From: Oscillospiraceae bacterium
Lineage (GTDB): Bacteria; Bacillota; Clostridia; Oscillospirales; CAG-272
Length of the DNA: 64,000 bases
NCBI GenBank assembly: GCA_015063305.1
Contig: SVUJ01000003.1
Span: 883 to 64,882 of the forward strand
Direction of reading: 5' to 3'
The notes beneath the pieces were generated by a model that was not told where the DNA came from, ran no database searches, and worked only from the letters and a program-made list of their open reading frames with translations. The translations under genes were made by a program, and so were the position numbers. This document shows positions 9,431-20,059 of the stretch, piece by piece (the stretch's first letter is position 1; each line of letters opens with the position of its first letter).

Positions 9431-9465
9431 AATACAGCTCCGAGGAGATCCCTCGGAGCTGTATT
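9431..9465. terminator. bidirectional terminator hairpin between convergent genes
   Basis: Perfect 15-bp stem: AATACAGCTCCGAGG (9431-9445) with CCTCGGAGCTGTATT (9451-9465). A-run on the 5' side and T-rich sequence on the 3' side. Confidence 0.8.
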
Positions 9466-10221
9466 TTATTCTTCATCTGATTTATCGTCTGCAAACATTC
9501 GGCGTATGCGCTCACTTTGGTCGCTTGTGCGCATAGTATATATCTTGGTTTCGGGAGCGTAGTCTTCCTGTATATCGTCAGCTGCCTTTGCAGGGGCTGA
9601 GAGTATATTTTTTGATAAAAGATCAAGATAAAGTCTTCTTTCAAATTTTTTGGAGATGGCAAGAAGCACTATCTGCGCTGCAAAAAGCAAAGCCGCAAGT
9701 ATCCAAGGATAGAGCACGGTGTAATTTACCGCTACGGGATACAGGAGTATCTTGTGGTACAAAAGCTCAATTATATTTGGGAAAAGCAATATCGGGAAGA
9801 TAGGAAGTCTTAATAAGCATAGCACTGATCTGTTTGGAATGAGCGTTGAATATAGTATTCTCGATTTGTGGGGCGTATCGGCTCTGTCTGTTTTTATTAT
9901 GGCAACCAAACCGAAGATGTCAACCGCTATAGCTAAAAGGAAGAGCAGGGTGGCGATCATTATCATCACGAACACCGCCCGATAAAAAACCGTTCCTTCG
10001 GGTGTGGGTGTGCTTTGCGAAGAAAAGAGATATTGTCTTGAGGTGCGCCAGGAGTTATCAAGCAGGGCAAATACAGACATCTTGCTCTTCGCGTCATTAT
10101 CCAAAACGTAATTCACACACGGAATAAACATTGATATAATAATTACAAGATCGGCAAACAGGGGAAGTATATACCTTGAATATATTATCCCTTTGCCGGT
10201 ATTTTTTTTCTTTTTGCTCAT
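9466..10221 (-). CDS. polytopic membrane protein of unknown function (251 aa)
   Basis: Several hydrophobic helices and an acidic C-terminal tail. The ATG lies 1 nt after the deoD stop, with an AGGAGA RBS inside the deoD 3' end. Confidence 0.65.
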   Translation of the reverse strand: MSKKKKNTGKGIIYSRYILPLFADLVIIISMFIPCVNYVLDNDAKSKMSVFALLDNSWRTSRQYLFSSQSTPTPEGTVFYRAVFVMIMIATLLFLLAIAVDIFGLVAIIKTDRADTPHKSRILYSTLIPNRSVLCLLRLPIFPILLFPNIIELLYHKILLYPVAVNYTVLYPWILAALLFAAQIVLLAISKKFERRLYLDLLSKNILSAPAKAADDIQEDYAPETKIYTMRTSDQSERIRRMFADDKSDEE

Positions 10222-10222
10222 A

Positions 10223-10948
10223 TCAAATATCTCCTGTTGCTACTTCAAGAGCCAGCTTCATCATATCTGTAAATGATGTTTGGCGCTCCAATGCCGGAAG
10301 CGATTCCCCTGTTAGGAGAGAATCGGACACCGTGCATATAGCGAGTGCGTTCTTGCCCGAACGCGCGGCATTCATATAAAGGGCGGCAGCTTCCATTTCC
10401 ACCGCAAGAACATTCATTTTTGACCAATCGAGAGTATCTTCCGAAAATTCGTTGTAAAAGGTGTCAGAGGACAAAAGATTTCCAACGTGGTAAGAAAGCT
10501 TCAATTTTTCAGCCATATCGGCGGCGCGGCGGAGAAGCGAAAAACTTGCTATCGGCGCGTAAGTACCCGCGAGATGGTATTGCTCGGCATAGCTTGAATT
10601 GGTACAAGCGCCCATACCGAGAACTATATCGCGTACTTTGACGTTATCGTTTATCGAACCCGCAGAGCCTATTCTGATGATATTATCAACATCAAAAAAG
10701 TTGAAAAGCTCGTAACTGTAGATCCCCATAGACGGCATACCCATTCCGCTTGCCATTACAGAGACTTTTTTGCCGTTATAGCTTCCCGTGTAGCCTGATA
10801 CGCCTCTGACGTTGTTGAAAAGAACGGCGTTCTCCATAAAGTTTTCGGCAACAAATCTCGCTCTTAAAGGATCGCCCGGCATAAGAACTGTTTTGGCGAT
10901 ATCATCGGGTGTTGCATTTATATGGGGAGTGGGGTAATTCTTTTTCAT
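10223..10948 (-). CDS. deoD: purine nucleoside phosphorylase, DeoD type
   Basis: N-terminus TPHINATPDDIAKTVLMPGDPLRA, and MEAAALY near the C-terminus. These are typical of hexameric PNP. Confidence 0.9.
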   Translation of the reverse strand: MKKNYPTPHINATPDDIAKTVLMPGDPLRARFVAENFMENAVLFNNVRGVSGYTGSYNGKKVSVMASGMGMPSMGIYSYELFNFFDVDNIIRIGSAGSINDNVKVRDIVLGMGACTNSSYAEQYHLAGTYAPIASFSLLRRAADMAEKLKLSYHVGNLLSSDTFYNEFSEDTLDWSKMNVLAVEMEAAALYMNAARSGKNALAICTVSDSLLTGESLPALERQTSFTDMMKLALEVATGDI

Positions 10949-10963
10949 AAAAGCTCCTTTCGA

Positions 10964-11560
10964 TTACTGCTTCGGGCCTTCAATGCCTTCCATATAATAA
11001 GAGGCTTCCATATCGGCAACACAGAGAGCAAAGGCGAGAGGGAACATCTCGAGTGCGCGTCCTACCTGATTTGCGTCCTCAGGACCGGAGAATCCCATGT
11101 GATATCTTATCGCAAACGCCTCGTCGCGTGTGAGCTTCATGTATCCCGAAATTATGTAAACAGACTTTTCACCGTGACCGTAGGGAAGTGTGTCTTCTAT
11201 AGTATAGTACGGCACTGATTCCCATACTCCGTTCTTTTTCACGTTTCTCATCTCTGTGCGGTAGAAATTTACCTTGCAGAGGTCGTGGAGAAGAGCTACT
11301 ATCGCAAGACTTTCCTCGGAAAAGCTGAAGCCGTATTTATCGCGGAAGCGGGGGCGCTTAGCGAAATCGCAAAGGCATTCGTAAACGTTGAGGCTGTGCT
11401 CAAGCAGACCGCCCTCGTAAGAGCCGTGGAAGCGAGTGCTGGCGGGCGCGGTGAAAAAGTCGCTTTTTTCGGGTGATGCGAGGAATTCAAGGAGCTTATC
11501 TGAACCTTCACGCGTGATGCACTTAGTGTATATTTCAATAAATTTTTCTTTGTTGGTCAT
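10964..11560 (-). CDS. HD-domain phosphohydrolase
   Basis: Metal-binding signatures FHGSYEGGLLEHS and LLHDLCK. 198 aa. First gene of an operon with deoD. Confidence 0.75.
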   Translation of the reverse strand: MTNKEKFIEIYTKCITREGSDKLLEFLASPEKSDFFTAPASTRFHGSYEGGLLEHSLNVYECLCDFAKRPRFRDKYGFSFSEESLAIVALLHDLCKVNFYRTEMRNVKKNGVWESVPYYTIEDTLPYGHGEKSVYIISGYMKLTRDEAFAIRYHMGFSGPEDANQVGRALEMFPLAFALCVADMEASYYMEGIEGPKQ

Positions 11561-11708
11561 AACTCGGACTATCCTCCATATACTCTATGATTGAGATAAC
11601 AAAATAATTTTATCATAAAAATTCGTTCAAATCAACAGAATTATGATATTATTTTTTATTTATGATAGATTTTAGCAAAATAAAGTTTCGGAAATAAATG
11701 GTAACCCC

Positions 11709-11737
11709 TTGCAAAATCAATTAAAGTGTGATATAAT
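11709..11737 (+). promoter_or_regulatory. sigma-70-type promoter of the glycogen operon
   Basis: TTGCAA (11709-11714), 17 nt, TATAAT (11732-11737), with an extended-10 TG. Confidence 0.55.
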
Positions 11738-11820
11738 ATACTCGAATGTGTAGGGACACAATTTTTCAAAGTTTTGTATATTGGGATTATCACTTCGGTA
11801 AATCAGAAAAGAGGTGCAAG

Positions 11821-13743
11821 ATGTCGGATATCGTAATGAATGACGCGCTGTATTTCTTCCATCAGGGCACGAATTACAGAGCCTATGAATATCTCGGGGT
11901 ACACCGAGAAAACAACGTGTATGTTTTTCGAGTATGGGCGCCTAATGCCGAGAGTGTTTTCCTGGTAGGTGACTTTAATGATTGGGATTACTCTATGCCA
12001 ATGACCCGTATAAGCGAGGCAGGGGTGTATGAGGTATATGACACGCAAAACAGAGTTGAAAGCGGTCATAGATACAAGTTTAAAATAATAAATCACGGCA
12101 GGGAGTTTTTGAAGTCAGATCCGTATGCCTTCAAGTGTGAGCTTCCACCAAACACCGCATCGGTCGTCCCTGATCGGGAGGTATACTCTATAAACGATAA
12201 GGGATGGCGCAAATATGCCGAGAGCGTGAGGGATAAGCTGTACGAGCTTCCTATGAATATCTATGAGGTACACCTTCACTCCTGGCGCAGACGTGATGAC
12301 GGGAGCTATATGGGATATCGCGAGATAGCCGAGGAGCTTTCGGTCTACGTAAAGCAGATGGGTTATACCCATATAGAGATAATGCCTATAACCGAGCATC
12401 CGTATGACGGCTCGTGGGGATATCAGGTCTGCGGTTATTACGCACCCACCTCGCGCTTTGGAACGCCTAATGATTTTAAGGCGTTCGTGGATAAGATGCA
12501 CGAAGCGGGAATAGGCGTGATAATGGACTGGGTTCCCGCACATTTTCCCAAGGACGCGCACGGACTTTACGAGTTCGACGGTCAACCGCTTTATGAGTAT
12601 CAGGGAGCTGACAGGATCGAGCACGCGGGCTGGGGAACAAGACGCTTTGATGTCGGAAGAAACGAGGTACAGAGCTTTCTTGTGTCAAACGCGCTGTACT
12701 GGCTTGAGGAGTATCATATAGACGCGCTTCGGGTTGATGCGGTGGCGTCTATGCTCTATCTCGATTATGACAGACTTCCCGGTGAGTGGATACCGAACGT
12801 TTACGGTGACAACCGATGTCTTGAGGCTATAGCATTTTTTAAAAAGCTCAATTCGGCGGTCAAGCAGTACTGCCCGTGGGCTATAATGATAGCCGAGGAG
12901 TCAACGGCGTGGTCGAACATCACGGGCTTTGATAATGACGGACTTGGATTTGATTTCAAGTGGAATATGGGCTGGATGAACGATACGCTGAGCTATGCGG
13001 AGCTTGATCCCGTATATCGAAGCTATCATCACGATAAGCTGACCTTCTCGCTCACCTATGCGTTTGGCGAGAAGTATATACTTCCTATATCACACGACGA
13101 GGTGGTTCACGGAAAGCGTTCCTTCCTTGACAAAATGTCGGGCGATTATTGGCAGAAGTTTGCGGGGGCGAGAGCGTTTCTGGCGTATATGATGACGCAC
13201 CCCGGAAAGAAGCTGACCTTTATGGGAAACGAGATCGCTCAGTTCAGAGAGTGGGATTTTGAGGGTGAGATAGAGTGGTTTATGCTTGACTATGATTCTC
13301 ACGCTTCATATCAGCGATACGTCGCAGAGCTGAACAGGCTCTATCTTGAAAATCCGCCGCTATGGCAGGACGATATATCCTGGGACGGTTTCCGTTGGAT
13401 AGATGCCGACAACAGGGAGCAGAGCATAATCTCGTACAGACGAGTAGATAAGAGCGGAAAAGAGCTTATAATCTTGCTTAACTTTACGCCTGTTGCGAGA
13501 GAGGATTTCCTACTCGGAGTGCCCGAGAGCGGAACGTACGAGGAGATATTTAACTCGGATAGGCTATGCTTCGGCGGAAGCGGAGTTACGAATGAGGGAG
13601 ATATTCCCACAACGGGACAGTCGTGGAATTACCTTGCCGACTCGGTGAGAATAAGGATACCCCCGCTCGGTGTGACGGTACTGCGAAAGAAATCGGACGT
13701 TAAGAAGAAAAGAGCAACACAAAGAAAAAGAAAAAACAGCTAA
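11821..13743 (+). CDS. glgB: 1,4-alpha-glucan branching enzyme
   Basis: GH13 motifs DWVPAHF, ALRVDAVASM, IAEESTAW and SHDEVVHGK. ATG at 11821 follows the RBS AGAGGTG; the track ORF starts further upstream at 11746. Confidence 0.92.
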   Translation: MSDIVMNDALYFFHQGTNYRAYEYLGVHRENNVYVFRVWAPNAESVFLVGDFNDWDYSMPMTRISEAGVYEVYDTQNRVESGHRYKFKIINHGREFLKSDPYAFKCELPPNTASVVPDREVYSINDKGWRKYAESVRDKLYELPMNIYEVHLHSWRRRDDGSYMGYREIAEELSVYVKQMGYTHIEIMPITEHPYDGSWGYQVCGYYAPTSRFGTPNDFKAFVDKMHEAGIGVIMDWVPAHFPKDAHGLYEFDGQPLYEYQGADRIEHAGWGTRRFDVGRNEVQSFLVSNALYWLEEYHIDALRVDAVASMLYLDYDRLPGEWIPNVYGDNRCLEAIAFFKKLNSAVKQYCPWAIMIAEESTAWSNITGFDNDGLGFDFKWNMGWMNDTLSYAELDPVYRSYHHDKLTFSLTYAFGEKYILPISHDEVVHGKRSFLDKMSGDYWQKFAGARAFLAYMMTHPGKKLTFMGNEIAQFREWDFEGEIEWFMLDYDSHASYQRYVAELNRLYLENPPLWQDDISWDGFRWIDADNREQSIISYRRVDKSGKELIILLNFTPVAREDFLLGVPESGTYEEIFNSDRLCFGGSGVTNEGDIPTTGQSWNYLADSVRIRIPPLGVTVLRKKSDVKKKRATQRKRKNS

Positions 13744-13785
13744 TATTGACCTATTAAAAAATTATCTTAATCAAATGGAGGCAGT

Positions 13786-14979
13786 ATGTTTAGAAAGAAA
13801 GAATGTGTGGCAATGCTTTTGGCAGGAGGACAGGGAAGCCGACTCTATGCCCTTACCGAAAAAACGGCTAAGCCTGCGGTTATTTTCGGTGGAAAGTATA
13901 GGATAATCGATTTTACCCTTTCAAACTGCATAAATTCGGGGATAGATACTGTGGGAGTGCTCACACAGTACCAGCCTCTTGTGCTGGGAGAGCATATAGG
14001 AAACGGCCTTCCTTGGGATCTTGACCGCGCTTGGGGCGGAGTTAAGCTCCTTCCTCCCTATCAGGGAAAGAACGGCGCGGATTGGTATCGCGGCACAGCA
14101 AACGCTATATATCAGAACATGGAGTTCATTGATAGATACGATCCCGAATACGTGCTTATACTTTCGGGCGACCATATATATAAGATGGATTACGCTGCTA
14201 TGCTTGAGTATCACAAGCAGACGGGAGCTGACGCTACTATTGCGGTAATAAACGTACCGCTCAGCGAAGCGAGCCGATTTGGAATTATGAGCGCCGACGA
14301 GAACGGAAGAATATATAAGTTCGCCGAGAAGCCGAAGGAGCCCGAAGGAACACTTGCTTCAATGGGAATATATATATTCACAAAGAAGAAGCTCTTCGAG
14401 TATCTCATAAGCGATGAGGAGAATAAAGAAAGCTCTAACGACTTCGGAAAGAATATAATTCCCACTATGCTTGCGAGCGGAGAAAAGCTTTGCGCTTATC
14501 CCTTTGAGGGCTATTGGAAGGATGTTGGAACTATATCTTCTCTTTGGGAGGCTAATATGGATCTTCTCGGAGAAGAGCCTGTTCTTAAGCTTTCGGACGA
14601 GGATTGGAGAATATATTCGCGTCACGAGCCTTATGCGCCTCAGTATATAGGTGAGGATGCTGTGATAGAGAATTCATCTGTGACCGAGGGCTGTGAGATA
14701 GAGGGAACTCTTAAAAATTCTGTAATAGGCCCGGGCGTTAAGATCGCAAAGGGCGCGGTAGTTGAGGATTCTGTTATCTTTGATAACGTAACTATAGGAG
14801 AGGGCTCGACCATATCCTGCTCTATCATAGACAGCGGTGTTCAGATAGGCAAGAAGGTGTCCGTGGGAGCTGCTAAGGATAACGCTAAGGGCGTTGCCGT
14901 TGTGGGCGCGGGCGTTGTTGTCGGTGACGGCGAAGTTATTGCAGACAATGAAATGATATACAGCGGAAAGGAGAAATAA
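13786..14979 (+). CDS. glgC: glucose-1-phosphate adenylyltransferase
   Basis: LAGGQGSRL...[25 protein letters not shown]-terminal signature, and a left-handed beta-helix C-terminus. Confidence 0.92.
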   Translation: MFRKKECVAMLLAGGQGSRLYALTEKTAKPAVIFGGKYRIIDFTLSNCINSGIDTVGVLTQYQPLVLGEHIGNGLPWDLDRAWGGVKLLPPYQGKNGADWYRGTANAIYQNMEFIDRYDPEYVLILSGDHIYKMDYAAMLEYHKQTGADATIAVINVPLSEASRFGIMSADENGRIYKFAEKPKEPEGTLASMGIYIFTKKKLFEYLISDEENKESSNDFGKNIIPTMLASGEKLCAYPFEGYWKDVGTISSLWEANMDLLGEEPVLKLSDEDWRIYSRHEPYAPQYIGEDAVIENSSVTEGCEIEGTLKNSVIGPGVKIAKGAVVEDSVIFDNVTIGEGSTISCSIIDSGVQIGKKVSVGAAKDNAKGVAVVGAGVVVGDGEVIADNEMIYSGKEK

Positions 14980-14981
14980 TA

Positions 14982-16115
14982 ATGAGCGTTGCAGGACTTA
15001 TTTTTTCAAACATACATGATTCGTCTTTGCCTGAGTTGACCGCAAAGAGAAGTATAGCGTCTGTTCCGTTTGGATGCAGATACCGTCTTATAGATTTTCC
15101 GCTTTCGAATATGGTGAATTCGGGAATATCCAAGATAGGCATAATAACACATAATAATTACGGTTCTCTTATGGACCACATAGGAACAGGTAAGGACTGG
15201 GATCTTGCCCGCCGTTCGGGTGGAATAAAGATTCTCCCCCCGTTTATTACCGAGTTTGAAAATCCTACGGCAAGACGTCAGGGCGCAAATCCGTTTGACG
15301 CGCTGATAGGTGTGAGAAACTTTATATCCAAGTGTACCGAGGATGAGATAGTTTTCTCGTATAGTGATATAATCTGTAACATAGACCTCGCTGCCGTCCT
15401 TAAGGAGCATAAGGCAAGAGGTGCTGAGGTCACCCTTATAACCTATAGTTACGATGCTTCTCAGTATAAGAATTCGGGCGGACTGTATACCGTTGCTTCG
15501 AATGATGACGGAACGGTCAGCGCAATATCGCTCTACGGCCGAAGATCGGGTGAGAAGAATATCTATACCGATATGGCTATTTTCAACAGAGAAGTGTTGC
15601 TCGAAATGATAGACTCGATGGCGTGTGACGGATATAACGATTTTTACCTTGACGTACTTGGAAAGTATATAAACAAGGGAACTGTTTATGCTCACAGCTT
15701 TGAGGGCGTATTTATGAGAATATCTTCTATGGACGGATATTTCAGCGCATCTATGAAGCTGCTTTCTGCCGAGGCGAGAGATGAGCTCTTCGGCAATAAG
15801 GAAAGACCTATACACACAAAGGTTCGTAACTCTGCGCCCACTCTCTATAAAGAGGGAAGCAAGGTTAAGAACTCCTATATCGCGGACGGATGCGTTATAG
15901 AGGGAGAGGTAGAAAACTCTATTATTTTCCGCGGAGTAAAGGTAGGACGCGGAACGGTTGTAAAGAATTCTATACTTCTTCAGGATACGAATGTCGGTGA
16001 GAACGTAAAGCTCGGCTGTGTAATAACAGATAAGGACGTTAAGATAAGAGACGGAAGAGAGCTTTCGGGACACACCACAATGCCTTTCTTTATATCGAAA
16101 GGAACAACAGTTTAA
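14982..16115 (+). CDS. glgD: glucose-1-phosphate adenylyltransferase, GlgD subunit
   Basis: A glgC paralogue lacking the GGxGxRL motif (SVPFGCRYRLIDFPLSNMVNSG), placed immediately after glgC as in Firmicute glgBCDAP operons. Confidence 0.85.
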   Translation: MSVAGLIFSNIHDSSLPELTAKRSIASVPFGCRYRLIDFPLSNMVNSGISKIGIITHNNYGSLMDHIGTGKDWDLARRSGGIKILPPFITEFENPTARRQGANPFDALIGVRNFISKCTEDEIVFSYSDIICNIDLAAVLKEHKARGAEVTLITYSYDASQYKNSGGLYTVASNDDGTVSAISLYGRRSGEKNIYTDMAIFNREVLLEMIDSMACDGYNDFYLDVLGKYINKGTVYAHSFEGVFMRISSMDGYFSASMKLLSAEARDELFGNKERPIHTKVRNSAPTLYKEGSKVKNSYIADGCVIEGEVENSIIFRGVKVGRGTVVKNSILLQDTNVGENVKLGCVITDKDVKIRDGRELSGHTTMPFFISKGTTV

Positions 16116-16145
16116 TTACCCCAAGCAAATGAAAGGAAAAGGATA

Positions 16146-17585
16146 ATGCAAAAAATATTATTTGTTGCCTCTGAGGCAATGCCCTTTGCGGCAACAGGCG
16201 GACTCGGTGACGTATTGGGCTCTCTGCCCACAGCGATAGCAAACGCAGCCGAGGGAAATGCGGACGTGAGAGTAGTTATGCCTTATTACGGCACTATGTC
16301 GCAGGAGTGGAAGGACCGCTGTGAAACTGCCGTTGAATTTTACGTTGATCTCTCGTGGAGAAAGCAGTACTGCGGAGTAAAAAAGCTCGAAAAGGACGGA
16401 GTAACTTATTACTTTATAGATAATGAGTACTATTTTAACAGAAAGACACTCTATGGTGAGTTTGACGATGGAGAGAGATTTGCCTTCTTCTCGTTGGCTG
16501 CGATAGAGATGATGCGACACATAGACTTCTATCCCGACGTGCTTCACGCTCACGATTGGCAGTCTGCGCTCAGCGTAGTATATCTTAAGCTTAAATATTC
16601 CCATATAGCGGAGTATTCTGCGATAAAGACTCTCTTTACTATCCACAATATAGAATATCAGGGCAAATATGATCCGTACCTTTTGGGCGGTCTGTTTGGT
16701 CTTTCCAACGACGCTATAAGCATTATGGAGTATGGCGGATGCGCTAACCTGATGAAGGGCGCTATAGTGCTTTCGGATAAGGTAAGCACTGTAAGCCCGA
16801 GATATTCTGAGGAGATAAAGGGAGAGGAGTATTCACACGGATTGCATCATATCCTTAATGCTGAGGCAGATAAGCTTTGCGGAATACTTAACGGAATAGA
16901 TTATGACTATTACAATCCCGTTTCGGATAACGCAATAGCATCTAAGTTCAGTTGGAGAAGCCTTGCTAAAAAGGCTATAAATAAAAAAGCTCTTCAGGAA
17001 GAGATAGGACTTGATCCGAGAGATGACGTGCCTATGCTCGCGATAATCTCAAGACTCGTGGCGCATAAAGGAATAGATATCGTGCGCGAGTGCATATACA
17101 ATGTGATAGAGAATACCGAGGTACAGCTCGTTATCCTGGGCAAGGGAGATGCAGAGTATGAGAGATTTTTCTGTGAGCTGCAGGACAGATACCCGAACAG
17201 AGTAAAGGCTCTTATGGCGTATGACAGAAACCTCGCAAAGCGCATATATGCAGCGTGTGATATCTTCGTGATGCCCTCAAAGAGCGAGCCCTGCGGACTC
17301 TCGCAGATGATAGCTTCAAGATACGGCGCTATCCCTGTTATAAGAGAAACGGGCGGTCTTTACGACTCCATAAAGCCTTATGAGGAGAGATCGTCGGGAA
17401 TAAGCGGAAACGGATTTACCTTTGCCGATTACCGTGCCGATGCGCTTGAGGGCGCGCTCCGCGCAGCTATCTCGCTGTGGTATGACACCGCAAAGAGAGA
17501 AAAGCTTGTGGGAAGGATAATGAGAACAGATTTCTCTTGGAAGAAGTCGGCGCTCACCTATCTCAGATTGTATGAATCATTATAA
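16146..17585 (+). CDS. glgA: glycogen synthase (ADP-glucose type)
   Basis: N-terminal SEAMPFAATGGLGDV motif and a GT5 architecture. Confidence 0.92.
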   Translation: MQKILFVASEAMPFAATGGLGDVLGSLPTAIANAAEGNADVRVVMPYYGTMSQEWKDRCETAVEFYVDLSWRKQYCGVKKLEKDGVTYYFIDNEYYFNRKTLYGEFDDGERFAFFSLAAIEMMRHIDFYPDVLHAHDWQSALSVVYLKLKYSHIAEYSAIKTLFTIHNIEYQGKYDPYLLGGLFGLSNDAISIMEYGGCANLMKGAIVLSDKVSTVSPRYSEEIKGEEYSHGLHHILNAEADKLCGILNGIDYDYYNPVSDNAIASKFSWRSLAKKAINKKALQEEIGLDPRDDVPMLAIISRLVAHKGIDIVRECIYNVIENTEVQLVILGKGDAEYERFFCELQDRYPNRVKALMAYDRNLAKRIYAACDIFVMPSKSEPCGLSQMIASRYGAIPVIRETGGLYDSIKPYEERSSGISGNGFTFADYRADALEGALRAAISLWYDTAKREKLVGRIMRTDFSWKKSALTYLRLYESL

Positions 17586-17620
17586 AAACGATTAAACCAC
17601 CGAAGGGAAATAAACCTAAA

Positions 17621-20044
17621 ATGAATTGTGTTCCAAATAAGAATGAAGTAAAGAATAATATTGCCGCAAAGCTCTCAAGATATTTCGGCTGTGTGCCGAA
17701 GGATGCAACACGCGAGCAGATGTATAAGGCTACGGCGATGACGGTACGTGACGTCCTCACCTCAAAGAGAGGCGATTTTAAGGAGGAGGTAAACCGTGAC
17801 GCGTCGAAGCGAGTTTACTATATGTCGATAGAATTTCTGCTCGGACGTTCGCTCAAAACCAACCTTGCAAACCTCGGGTTCGATAAGGTATACGAGGAAG
17901 CGCTTGGCGAGCTTGGCTTTGAGCTTGAGGATATCTACGAGTGCGAACCCGATGCGGGACTTGGTAACGGAGGTCTTGGAAGACTTGCGGCGTGCTTTAT
18001 GGACTCGCTCTCATCGCTTGATTATCCCGCTACAGGATTTTCGATATGCTATGAGTACGGCCTCTTCAAGCAGATGATAGTTGACGGATTGCAGGTAGAG
18101 CTGCCCGATATATGGCTGCCCGGCGGAGAGGTCTGGCTCGTTCCGAGAACAGATAGAATATACCACGTAAAAATGGGCGGAAGAGTAGTTGAGAAGTGGG
18201 AGAACGGTCACCTCAATATAAGCTATGAGGGCTGTGAGGAGATAGAGGCTGTTCCTTACGATATGATGATATCGGGTTCTGACTCCAAGGCTGTCAGCCA
18301 GCTTCGTCTTTGGAGAGCGAGAGATATAAATAACTTCAATATGGGTCTGTTTACTCAGGGACAGTACACAAAGGCTATGGAGGATAGCACAAACGCCGAG
18401 ATAATATCAAAGGTTCTCTATCCTTCGGATAACCATACCGCAGGAAAGCTTCTCAGACTTTCCCAGCAGTACTTTATGGTGTCGGCATCCTGTCAGAGTA
18501 TAATAAGAGACCACATGGCAGTATATGGAACACTTGACAATTTTGCGGATAAGGTGGCTATCCATATCAACGATACGCACCCCGCACTCTGTATCCCCGA
18601 GCTTATGAGAATACTTGTTGACGAGTATTTCTATAGCTGGGATAAGGCGTGGGAGATGGTAGTATCGGTATGCTCTTATACCAACCATACCGTAATGCCC
18701 GAGGCGCTTGAGGTCTGGTCTGAGGATCTGTTTAAGCTCAAGCTGCCGAGAATACACGCTATAATAGGCGAGATAAACGAAAGATTCTGTCAGGAGGCTT
18801 GGAACCGTTTCCCCGGAAACTGGGGAAGAATATCCAAGATGAGTATACTCGGATACGGTCAGGTGAGAATGGCTAACCTTTCGGTAATAGGCTCTCATTC
18901 TATAAACGGAGTTTCAAAGCTCCATTCCGATATCCTCACACGCTCGACATTCAAGGATTTCTACGCTATGTATCCCGAGCGCTTCACCAACGTAACGAAC
19001 GGTATAGCGCACCGCCGTTGGCTCTGCTATTCGAATCCCAAGCTTGCGGGACTTATTGACGATTGCATAGGCCCTGAGTACAGAAAGGATTCGCTCAAGC
19101 TCGCTGACCTTGCAAAATTTGCGGATGACAACAGCGTACTTGAAAAGCTTGCCGAGATAAAGCACAGCAACAAGGTCGATTTTGCCAACAAGCTGTTCGC
19201 AAAGAACGGAGTTGTTATAAATCCCGATTCTGTTTTTGACGTGCAGATAAAGAGATTGCACGAGTATAAGCGTCAGCTTCTCAATGCGCTCAATATAATC
19301 GGTCTGTACCTTGATCTTAAGGAAAATCCCAACAGAGATTTCCAGCCTCAGACCTTCCTCTTTGGAGCGAAGGCAGCGCCGGGATATCATATGGCTAAGA
19401 ATATCATAAAGCTGATATACTGCCTTGGACGCGAGATAGCCGACGATCCTGTGATCCGCGAGAAGCTTGCGGTTGTATTCCTTGAGAATTACAACGTCAG
19501 CATGGCAGAGGCACTCATACCTGCCGCTGAGATAAGCGAGCAGATCTCCATGGCGGGTAAGGAAGCGAGCGGAACGGGCTGTATGAAGCTTATGATAAAC
19601 GGAGCGCTTACGATAGGTACGCTTGACGGAGCAAACGTTGAGATGCAGGCTGCGGTAGGCGAGGAGAATATGTATATCTTCGGACTTAACAGCAACGAGG
19701 TCGAGGATATATGGTTCAGAGGATACAACTCATCTGAGTTCTATAATAACAACGATAGATTGCGCCGCATAATCGACAGACTTAACATTGGCTTTGCGGG
19801 AGAATCCTTTGCGGATATCGCAACCTACCTTATTGCGGGAGCGGGCGTGTCAGATCCTTATATGTGCCTTGCTGACTTTGAGTCCTACCGCGAGGCGCAC
19901 GACAGAGCGATTGAGGACTACAGGAACGCTCAGCTCTGGAACAAGAAGTCGCTCCTCAACATTTCTGCGGCAGGATACTTCACCGCGGACAGATCGATAA
20001 ACGATTACGCACAGAATATATGGAAGCTTAAAAGACAGAATTAA
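17621..20044 (+). CDS. glgP: glycogen / alpha-glucan phosphorylase
   Basis: 807 aa. PLP-lysine region EASGTGCMKLMINGALTIGTLDGANVE. Confidence 0.92.
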   Translation: MNCVPNKNEVKNNIAAKLSRYFGCVPKDATREQMYKATAMTVRDVLTSKRGDFKEEVNRDASKRVYYMSIEFLLGRSLKTNLANLGFDKVYEEALGELGFELEDIYECEPDAGLGNGGLGRLAACFMDSLSSLDYPATGFSICYEYGLFKQMIVDGLQVELPDIWLPGGEVWLVPRTDRIYHVKMGGRVVEKWENGHLNISYEGCEEIEAVPYDMMISGSDSKAVSQLRLWRARDINNFNMGLFTQGQYTKAMEDSTNAEIISKVLYPSDNHTAGKLLRLSQQYFMVSASCQSIIRDHMAVYGTLDNFADKVAIHINDTHPALCIPELMRILVDEYFYSWDKAWEMVVSVCSYTNHTVMPEALEVWSEDLFKLKLPRIHAIIGEINERFCQEAWNRFPGNWGRISKMSILGYGQVRMANLSVIGSHSINGVSKLHSDILTRSTFKDFYAMYPERFTNVTNGIAHRRWLCYSNPKLAGLIDDCIGPEYRKDSLKLADLAKFADDNSVLEKLAEIKHSNKVDFANKLFAKNGVVINPDSVFDVQIKRLHEYKRQLLNALNIIGLYLDLKENPNRDFQPQTFLFGAKAAPGYHMAKNIIKLIYCLGREIADDPVIREKLAVVFLENYNVSMAEALIPAAEISEQISMAGKEASGTGCMKLMINGALTIGTLDGANVEMQAAVGEENMYIFGLNSNEVEDIWFRGYNSSEFYNNNDRLRRIIDRLNIGFAGESFADIATYLIAGAGVSDPYMCLADFESYREAHDRAIEDYRNAQLWNKKSLLNISAAGYFTADRSINDYAQNIWKLKRQN

Positions 20045-20059
20045 AGGCAGAAAATATAT

